NCBI RefSeq assembly: GCF_026571515.1
Contig: NW_026858822.1
Span: forward strand, 124,001-188,000
DNA from: Ruditapes philippinarum
Taxonomy: Eukaryota
DNA: 64,000 bases
Direction: 5' to 3'
Shown here: one piece after another, positions 14,060 to 25,200 of the stretch
How the letters are laid out: each line of letters opens with the position of its first letter
Position numbering within the stretch: position 1 is the stretch's first letter
The notes under the pieces: generated by a model
Told to the model about the DNA's origin: nothing
The model's database searches: none
What the model saw: only the letters and a program-made list of their open reading frames with translations
Program-made: the position numbers and the translations under genes

Positions 14060-14172
14060 AACCAACCAGTACTGGTGTCATATGAAGAAACATGGAGATG
14101 GCTCGAGTAGGACTCGAACCCATAGTCCTTAGGTTGAGGGGCAGACACATTAACCAAGAGGCCACCGCTCCT
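14060..14172 (-). mobile_element. tRNA-derived SINE fragment
   Basis: The minus strand reads ggagcggtggcctcttggttaa (A-box-like) and gggttcgagtcc (B box). Confidence 0.65.
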
Positions 14173-15204
14173 CTTTCCCCTTGTTTAAAAGAAATGGATT
14201 GTAGTACGAAACGTAATGTTGTGTAAGCTTGTTCCTCCGCAAAATGGGTTTTTATATGGAGTTAAATAAAGGAGTATGTAAAAATCATAAAGTAGAGCAA
14301 TTTATTATATCTTACAATAATTAAGTCATGCAATAAATTCAATTTTGAAAAAGAAACAAAACCAAATGCTATCAGATAGTATCAGATGTTAACTTTGAAT
14401 TGCTTTTGCGTAGTGGATTGGTAAATTCTGCGATCACACTTATGTGCCTTTGAACCAGAATCTTTTACTTATTTGAGGTCAATTCAAGGACATTAAAGTA
14501 ATACAAAGAAGAATGAAACACGAGGCTATTTGATCTGATAGCTATCTGATACAAGGGGGCTAAACTAGTTACATGCTTGTTCCCAAAATGTTGTTCTGAG
14601 ATGCCCACAATGTAACTTCCAAACATGCAGATTTTACAGGATATATGTCTTATAATATTGTTATATTGTTATATTATATAAATGTATATAATTGTCTATT
14701 ATATGATTTAAAATTCATACACAACATAAGAAGTAGTTATGTACATTAAAATAACATAAACTGATATCTATTCTGTTTCCCTTTTATAGGTTTTTCCATA
14801 GAACTTATTCAAACAACCCTTGAAACTTCACTGGTGGATATCAAAACATGAATATTTGTTACTAACACGAATCATTTTATCTTAAACTATGTCCATTTGT
14901 TTTATTTCCTTGCTTAGGTTTAAAGACTGACACTTTCAAAAAATATTGTTTTAAGGAAAAGAGCTCGCTTATATGAAATATAATCTGATAAACAAAATTA
15001 AATGGTTTTAACGAAATATATTGACAATTATTTAAGTCTTTAAGTAAAAAAATAAACAAGTGTTAACTTAAAACCAACTTTCTTTTCGGCATACAAACTT
15101 AAATATTTTGAAATCAGTCATAAGTTTTACTTAGATTTAAACAAATTGAAAATACTTATATCAAAGAAACAGAAATAATTATAGTTTTGAAAACAGCCTA
15201 ATAC

Positions 15205-16150
15205 AAAACAAGAACTATCACTAAATGTGATTAATACCCCCGCAAGACTGCTTCGGAAATGATGGAGTTATTAGTAATAGAATACCTTTTAAAAGAATTG
15301 AAATTGAGTTATGGTTGTGGGCAATTAAAGATAGTTGTGGTTCTTGTATGTTTCAGTTCCAGTCAATGTGGTTTAACATTGATGAAGTGTTATTGAATTA
15401 CCCTGTAATAAGTTCAGAAAGAGTTACGCTTCTTCAGCACTGCACTTCATCTCATTGCGCTTGACCATTGTATGAAGTTGCATTAAATTCTAAACATTAA
15501 TTTTAAGTTATGCATCGGACAAGGAAAAGGAATAAAGGGCAATAACTCTACAAATACTGAAGATGGAGTTATGGTTATTGTATACTGCACTTCCTTTCAT
15601 TGTGCTTGACCATTGTATAGAGTTGTATTGAATTCCAAACCATAGTTTTCAAGTTATGCACTGGACAAAAATTAACAAAGGGCATTGTATGAAGTTTTTT
15701 TGAATTCGAACCCGTGCTTTTAAAGTTATGCTTCGGACAAGGAAAGATATCAAAGGGCAAAAGCTCTGTAATTTGTCAAAATGGAGTTATGATTCTTGTG
15801 TACTGCACTTCCTCTTATTGTGCTTGACGATTGTATGAAATTGTATTGAATTACAACCAGTAGTTTTCAAGTTATGCTCCAGACAAGGAAAAGAAACAAA
15901 GGGCAATAACTCTGTAATTAGTCAAGATGGAGTTATGGTTCTTGAGTACTGTACTTCCTCTCAATTCGCTTGACCATTGTATGAGGTTATAAGGAATTCC
16001 AACCATGAGTCTTAAGGTTATGCTCCGGACAAGGAAAATGCAACGGACCGCTTGACCGACCGACCGACCAACCAACCAACCAACCAACCGACTGACCGAC
16101 CACCGGTTGACTCCTATATACCCCCCTAACTTCGTTTCGGGGGTATAAAA
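15205..16150 (-). mobile_element. Non-autonomous Helentron/HINE-like element with internal tandem repeats and a (CCGA/CCAA)n tract, nested in the IS3EU element
   Basis: Begins aacaag with a short hairpin. Repeats of gatggagttatggttcttgt...gaccattgtatgaag, microsatellite at 16050-16100, and an end hairpin tatacccccc...gggggtata followed by an A-run. Confidence 0.75.
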
Positions 16151-16269
16151 AGTTTTATTTAATGTAATATTAACCACTTTTGACGTCACTCTCAATATAT
16201 ATCAAACAATAATATTTCAGTTCCATTATATCACTTTTACTTATTTGCTACACCCGTTCATATCTTAGT

Positions 16270-19200
16270 TTATTTACTAAACTCTGTTGGGAATTCAGTC
16301 GCTACTGGTCTGCTATCGGGATCATAGTTCAGCCCCTTGGTTACAATGTCTACTATTCTGCTACAAATACAGTCCATTTGTACAAGTTTTGTAATGGCAT
16401 GTGGGACTTCTTTTTGACTCATAAATTCTTTAATTGTTTCAACAACTGATCTTTCATTTTCTTCTTCATCTTCCTCTTGTAATCCCCACATTGGACATTC
16501 ACTGAATAATTCTGCAAGAGTGCCTGCCATTCCCCAAACATCAGATTTTGTTGATGCAGGTCTATTACCAAGCAAAATTTCTGGTGCTTGAAAGATAAGG
16601 GTACCTGGTTGCATACCTGGTGCATAGGTGGTAGCAGAACTATTTATTGTTAACAATTTTGAAATCCCCAAGTCACATAATTTCACTACTTCTAAAGATT
16701 CTGATACAATGATGTTCTCTGGCTTTAAGTCTCGATGTAATATAATAGGAGAACTGTTGTGCAAGTAAGCAACAGCCTGTGATATCTTTTCAGCAATGTG
16801 GCACTTTTTTAGAAGGGGGATTATTTGGCATCGATCACCAAACAGTAGGTCATCTAAATTTGATCCTTTTATGTACTCAGACACAATGTGTAATGCATTA
16901 TTATATACCGAATACCCCATACACAGTATAATGTGTGGATGCCTTACTCTGCTGAGAACTTTTACTTCTCGTTCAAGAGCTTTCTGGACTAGTTTAATTC
17001 GCCTTATTTTTACAGTTTTTATTGCAACTGGAGTAAAAAGATAATGTGCCAAATGTACTGTTCCAAAAGAGCCTTCCCCAATTTTAGGTCCCATAAAAAA
17101 ACTATCATAAGGAATTTCTGGCACATTTACATCTGTTGAGAAATTAAGCGCGTGTATAGGATTATACTTGGCTGTACTTGAACGTTCTTTGAAATAGTCA
17201 CAGTTTGTCTGTTCACTCACATTCTCATTCATGACATGACTTTTTATTACTTCATTGTCTGTAATGGAATCATAACTAGGAGTTGATCGTTCAGTAACAG
17301 TAACAATATCAACTGTTTTGTCCTCCATTGATGGTTCAGTAACACTGTCAACTGTACTGTCCTCCATTGATGGTTCAGTAACACTGTCAACTGTACTGTC
17401 CTCCATTGATGGTTCAGTAACAGTGTCAACTGTTTTGTCCTCCATTGATGGTTCAGTAACAGTAGCAACTGTACTCTCCTCTATTGATGGTTCAGTAACA
17501 GTAACAGTATCAACTGTACTGTCCTCCATTGATGGTTCAGTTACATAAGCAGTATCAACTGTACTGTCATCCAGGGACTGAAGTCTTACTCGGTCAGTTA
17601 AAATCTCCTGAGTTGCATGACAAGTGTTTGTTGAAAGTTTTATTTTTTCTGCCAGCAAAGCTTGAGAGTCCACCCTTACAGCTGCACATTCATAAAGTGT
17701 ATCTTCATCTGATACCTTCACCAAGTATTCACCAGGATCAGTTACGGGGATTAAGCAAAGGTCAGGTCCACTTGCAAAGAGTTCGTTGTTTTTATACCAC
17801 TGAAAATATGCACCAGAATTATGTTCTTTATAAAGTACTCCAAGTATGATTTCCTTGTTTTCTTGCTTCTCAAAACCCACAATCTGGTCAGGTGTATGAA
17901 TTATTCCTTTTGCGTTTGATGTAGCTGTTGGATATTCAAAGTGGTTAGAACTCGGATCTGCTTGGCTCAAAATAGAGATCTTGTTGACTGTTATGCCTGT
18001 CACTTTGAAACTATTTTCCAGTGGATTATACCCATCTCTTTCTCTGTCAGGATCACTTACAATTGTGTCAAGAAAGCAGTCATCAATGGTTTGGCAGATT
18101 TTTTGTGAACATTCTGCTGTGTATGATGAGTTGCAAAGTTTAGTGTACTTTACACATATTTCACCAGGTGTTTGGTCATTTACTATCAATGATGTTAGAG
18201 GAACCGGAATGCTTTTATCATCTACATGCTGTCTAACTGGCTCTCTACCGTCAATCTCCTGTTTTTTAGATGTTCTCAAATATAAAAAGTACTGAGAGGA
18301 AAACACGCCGATAGACTTCAAGTATGTTTGCAAATTACATTCTTCCCCATTTGGCATGACAAATTTTGAGATTACTTCTCCGTTACATGTAGACAGGTTC
18401 ACTACCATATCTGTTAACTTTCCCATATCATTTTTTCCATCTGGAAAGAAAATGCTAGTTGCATAATTTATAACTGTCTGAACAGTTTGCTCTTCTTCTT
18501 TTTTAAATTCGTATATTCTTGTACCGCCTCCTCTCCGTGCGGTAACTTGTCTTAACTTCCCACGAGTTTCATGAAGCCATCCAAGGTGCAACTTATATAT
18601 GGCATGTCTACCAGTACCTCGCTGTTTCTGAAAGAAGAAATAATAAGCTATCTATGATAATTTATTGAAAATACACCAAGGGATATAGTTTTATATAGAA
18701 ATTTGATGAATCTTTCAACCATCATAACTGAATCTCATAGAAAACTTAAATGTATACGTCATTTAATAAAGCGCCCAAAAATATGTGTCACTCACATAAA
18801 AACTTGCTGTTTATTTCTTTCAAAAAAGTACATTATTTTACGCAATGGTCGTATTCATTGATTCGTTAAATTAATCTAGGTTTTGACAAAACCAAAACAC
18901 AGTTACCAGACTAAAATTTTAACCAAGTGATCTAGTATTTACCACTCATTTACCAGAACGTATTTTGACTTTTGAATTATGTCTTATGTATTTTGACTTT
19001 TGTATTATGTCTTATGTATTTTGACTTTTGTATTATGTCTTATGTATTTTGACTTTTGTATTATGTCTTATGTATTTTGACTTTTGTATTATGTCTTATG
19101 TATTTTGACTATTATATTATGTCTTATGTATTTTGACTTTTGTATTATGTCTTATGTATTTTGACTTTTGTATTTTGTATCATGACATATGTAATACGGC

Positions 19201-22200
19201 TTATGTATTGTCTATTGCGGGTTAAGAAGTATGCATCATTTGAATTATACAGATATGTAAGAAGTAAGAAGTATCGCAGCTTGCTCATCTATTACCCTAT
19301 CTCCTTAGTGATAATTTTACTTGAGAATACTAAATTTGACTGCTATTTGCATGTCGGTTCTGTGCCAAAATAATCATAAATGTTCAAACTGTTTTCTACA
19401 ACTGAATCTTAGTGCTTCGAATTATTTTGTTAATAGAATAAAAGAAGATTTTGCATGTAGGTTATTTACAGTGTTTATTTATATATTATGTAGTCAAACA
19501 TTGCACAAATGCTTTAGAAGAATGAAAAGTCAAACATTTGTTATTTGTCATTTTCAAGAAAACTTTATCGATTTGGTAGAACCATTTCATGTATCAGATC
19601 ATTCTATAAGTGATTTTACAATTCCACCTATTGATCATGTTTAGAAAAAAACAACAAAGAATTGGCTTCAAAATGTCATATTTTAAATTATGAAAAAAAT
19701 CCTTGTTTTCACCATAGATTCCTCAATATCAGATTATTAATTATCATTTATTGTACTCTTTGTATTTTCACATATTAATATACATTTATAGTAAAGTTTC
19801 ATTATATAAAACATTCAATTTGAAGAGGAAAAAAGTAATATTTTGAATGATTACATACTACAAGCTGTCTTATTTTTCATATTAATTACATATCATTGCA
19901 TGTATATATAGTGATATCAAAATACAACTGATTCAGGTACTCTCATATTTCATTCCTCCACAAAATATGATAAACAAAATCAACAAGTTAAGGCAGCGTT
20001 CAATGAACGCAAAAAAGACAATAGTGTGAAACTTCTTATTTATTTATATTTGAATAAGTTATGCTGAATTAATGCAATTGAATCAACCATTTCACTTAAC
20101 TTGATTTTTATATTAATTAGAATTATATGGCACATAAACCGACAAGCACGTAAACTGACAGAAGAACAAAGTTGTACATGCACAAAGTATCATAGTAGAT
20201 GACTTTAAGCATTAAAGATGCATGCCTCCAGATGAGTCAAAATATTTTTTTTAAAAACTCAAACTTAAGATAAATATGCTAAGATTTTAAGAAAAGTAAA
20301 GAGATTCAAGAATTAAGTTATAATTTACATGTTGGGATAAATCACTGGTTTTGCAGTATGCATCACCATAATTCTCCTAACGCGTAACGAAAGGGCTATA
20401 TTTGCCAATTTAACCACCTTTAAAAATTTACGATTGTAAGTAGATTATTACTTTGTTCATAACAATATTTTCCTTTTCATAATATTCATGAGAATTTTCA
20501 TGAATGTTTGAAGTATGCTGCTTTAAAAGTTAAAGAGTTATTCAAATCCTTAATTATTATATATTAAATCATGACTCAGATATAGATGTACATATATGAA
20601 GACTGTTTTTCCTAAACTAAAATGATTATTTTTGTTGCAAGTTTAAGGCATGGGGCATGTTCTTCACACTTCTTTAGGAGGACCCAGCAACTACCAAAGC
20701 AAAATTTTTTTGGTAAAATAGATAAATACAGAATTCCTAAAGAAAGCCCAACACGGCAAAATTGAAAATGTTGCAGGCTCGGTTTGATTGAGCCTGTTCA
20801 TGGACGGTACTGGAAAGTGCAAGTTACCGTCCACGCCCCCTAGCACCGGCTTAAGCAGAATTCAACATTTAAACATGAAATAGTAAAATTTTGAATTTAG
20901 AAACATCCGCAGATGTGTTCATACGGCGGTTATCATGGAACCTTCAATGTGACACTTCCGTGCCATTCCATGAAAAGCGGCGTATGGTCCCCAAGTAATA
21001 AAAAGCGTGTGCCCTAAACGAGAAAACAATGTGCGGAACTAAATAAAATGGAATTTTGAAAGGGGATCAGAGGTTATGAAGCCTACATATCACAGATAAG
21101 ACGTCAAAAGACAAATTTAAAACATCATTATTCAGTATCTAGGGATTTGTACTTATAAATCATAAACCTGTTTCTTGAAAAAATACTTGTATTTTCCATT
21201 GTAAACAGAGTAACGTAACAGACTGAATGTCTCATTTTTACCTTTTTTGGATTTTCCATCATAAGCTGTTTCTTCTTCTTTTTTTGCCCTGCTATATTTT
21301 TAACTAGCTCCTTAATTCGTTTTCTTCTCACATTTTTCCTGTAGGAGAAATAATATATATTTCATACAGAATATTGCAAGAATCAAGTTTCACAACTGTA
21401 TCAAAATGTGTCTGTCTTGCAAGAATCTTGTTACTTAATTAATCTAACAAATAATATTCATTCATAAATCAGATGACCAATAATGGAATAAGACCTAGAA
21501 AACCAATCAAAACAATTTTCCTGGCCAATCTTCATAAAATTTGCGGTGAAAATGTAAATTCTAGAGAGTTAAGATTTATAGCGCACTGTAAACTACTTTT
21601 TCTCACGAAATGAAATGGTCCATATAAGGACTCGTCCGAGAAATATTTGGGACAAACATCCTGACCGTGTTCAACAGAGGCAAATGAGTGACCATCGGTG
21701 TATTAATGTGGATGGACATTCATAAAACCTTACTAAGCCACTGTTTGACGGATGTGTTCTAAAAAAAAAGAACCTGATATTAAGACAACTTTGCAATTAG
21801 AATCGAGGTGAAAAGTAAAACTATAAAAGAGCAAGATGGTTTTAAAATGTACGTCAGTGTTGGTATACTTTTCTGGCCCTTCGTGATCATTGATGCCAGC
21901 AGTATTAAGTGTGGATAATTGAGTACCGCTCAAGACGGTGCAAGGGGGCGTGAGGGATGTTGCACTTATTCATTATCCCTCATGAACAGACTCAATCAAA
22001 CTGAGTCTGCAATTTTCGCGTAATTTTGTTGTGATTAATGCTTCAGGGGGATCACTTTGTTTCCATTTTATTCTTTTCAGTGATACACATGCCAGTGAAG
22101 AGCTTGGAAGTTGAATTTCTTTTATTAACAAAACAATATTTTGAAATTTGGAATAATTTTTTCCTTTTTGTAAATATTTACAAAGGTACTTTGTGTTTAT

Positions 22201-25200
22201 CTTTCCATAAATCTTCTTCAAATGTTATGTTTCTCAAAATCAAAACTGACATTCCTCGCTTTTGTTATCCAATTCAGTTCTAGAGAACAATAATCCTGCT
22301 GGTCAGTTTTTTTTAATTGATTTTGTTATTGTAACTGCTTTAAAAACACTCATTAAAGGCAGTTTTAAATTAAAGTGTAGTATTCTTATAAGTACTCCAT
22401 TATAACATTTATACATGTCTCATATCAATTGTTATTAGCCTTTGACACAGAAAGTGTTACTTCGATATGATTTTGAAATAGATATTGTTATTTTATTCTT
22501 GATAAATTATCAGTAATAATTCCTTGAATCATTTAGTGGTCTCCTGAATAAACTTGTTACACATGAATAGATTATTCCAAGTGTTGGACCTATCAGTTCA
22601 TACCGGGTCAACATTGCATCATTTTATATCTCACCTTACAGTTAATTAGCCAGCAACTTGAAAGATGTAGATAAAAGTGATTTATATTTTCCCAGTTGTT
22701 CGCATAGTTTCTATACAGACCATAGTACAGAACAAAATATACAAACTGAATTAAAGATAAAACTCTAGAAATTTAAATTATGAATTTATAGATATTTTTG
22801 AAATTTTATGTGCTGTAAAAAATTCATTGAGTGAAATATGATCAGACCTATAAATATTCTTTAATGTTATTGCTGATTCTCAAAATACACATCACCTTAC
22901 AACACATTACGTGTTATATTATGCTAACTGGCTTTAATGACGCTGTATCTGCCAAGTGGGATTAAGGTCTTAGACCCATCATTGACATATCTTAGAACCT
23001 ATGGAATGTTAATATTTATTGAATCTATGCTACATGCCTGACATGTTTGCAAATTTTCATTGACTTTTACCATCTAATAAGAAAATTATGACCAAATGTA
23101 TGTTTTCGGCCTTTCCCTTTCTGGATCGTGTAAAATTTGCCAGAGTTGAACTATAGAAATGAGCTTATTTTCAACAGATATTGCAAAAACATTAGAAATT
23201 TGGTACCAAATTGTAGTACATTTATTATTTTATCAAAATAAAATATCATTTGAGTAACAGTATTTGCAATAAAACTTATGAAAACAAAAATATGTTACCA
23301 TTGTCACTCGGAAAATGGCCAAATCGTGAAAATGTAGACTTGTACTTCAATTTTTCTAAGAATTTTCTATAACCTACTTACAAGGTCCAGCCAATTGAAA
23401 TACATAGAAATTATCTAACATACCATATGAGAAAAATAAGAAAAGAAAGACATCATTTACCATGTTGTTTGTAAAATATACAGCATTATATTTGACAACC
23501 CCATAAACTGATTTTGGCCATTTTTCATCAACAGTACACATTTCTTTATGTAAAATTCAAAATACATTTTGAAAAGTATCAAACATTCTCAAAATGACCT
23601 AATTATCATGAAGCTATATTCTAAGCATTCTATAAATATGTTAATTACTGTATATACTGAGTAAATGTAAAAATTGTCAACTTGAAATGGATCTCAACGT
23701 ATTGTTCTGACTTTAGAAAGAGCACGAGCAGTGTACTAAACTGTATTATTCCCAAAGTATCCCCTCTGGAGCAACACAGAAGTATATCATATAAAAATGC
23801 TATGTCATACACTAATTCCTTGAAAAATACTGTGCAAGGGCAGGGATAACAGTTTCTAATGTTCTTTTAGTATTAGTTACTCGTGGCTGACCGTCACAGT
23901 TCTTCATCACGAAAATGTTCCGAAGACCATCTTCGCCTTGGCGCTTAAAGATGCACCTTAGATGTTGTAGGTTCAAGCCGGACGCAGCAATATTCTCGGC
24001 TGTAGTTAACTTACACACACTATTATAAATCAATACTCTAAGTGACGGCAAATTCTTTGCTTTTTCCCGACTGCACAACTGGGAATTGTACACAGATTTT
24101 GTTGAAAATGTGTGTGGCAGCAGATCAACAGATAATATGTCCAAGTGGTGAATAAGTTTACCAAGAATCGAGACATCTTCTGAAGCATTATGAGCACAGT
24201 ATGAAGCTCCCAATAGATCCTTTGCAAGGTCTTCCTGTTTGTAAGACTTCCTGTTTGGGTATGCTTTTCTAAATATAGACAGTGAATCCGCACATCCAGC
24301 AACACACTTTACACATTCTGTCCCTCAATCCTACATTGTCACATGCCGTCAACAAAACAGGAAAGTCAAATCTTCTGCCATTATGCGCAACCAATACAAC
24401 ATTCTGAAATTTTTCTAACCAATCACAATATGATTTCAAAGCTTCATATATGGAATAAGCCTCTACATTAGTTCCATTGTACTGCATCTTGTGATCCACC
24501 ATTCTTAGGCCGGTCACTTCTTGTGCCTTGTCAGATATGGGCAATGTAGGTAGAACATACATATTGAAAGCTTTCCCACTTTTAGGTTCTGTGGCAGCAA
24601 CCTGGGTAATATGTGGGATCTGGCCATCGTGTACTGAAACAAACAACACAATTATTTATAAATAAATAAACAATTTTGAGCTGTTTTATGTGCTCTTATA
24701 AATAATCTGAGATCTTATTCTAATTCAGCTTGTTCCGAATAAGGATAAACCATTCCTGATATATTGCATATTTTTTTACAATTATATTTTAAGAGACGAC
24801 TAATCACTCAACCTAATATCGAAGGACGATAACCTAAAATGAAAGCAACTGTGTTACAGTTTTCACATGATATATATCAACAAATTCGCAATACAGGTCT
24901 ACTTACTAAGGCCAGTTGTCTCCAGGTCAAAAGCAATGTATGTAGGCTGTCCTGTTGGCAGCACTATAGGTTTGAAGTCACCTCGAGGGACTGGATCTGG
25001 CAGCTTTTGGATGTCAGCATCATCTGAATGCCCAATCTCTGAAATACAAATATATAGATTAGAATATAACCTATAAAAGTAAACAAAAGGTAATTTGCAA
25101 ACTTTGTTTTAGTAATGTTTATATTTACAAGAAATGATGTTCGAAGAAGGAAAAGAAGAAGGAAAACACCAGTACCTGCAAGACTGACAGTATTTTGTCA

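Noticed and set aside
17247-17849. Overlapping alternative-frame and antisense ORFs
   Set aside because: They are by-products of the 39-bp coding repeat and the kinase ORF.
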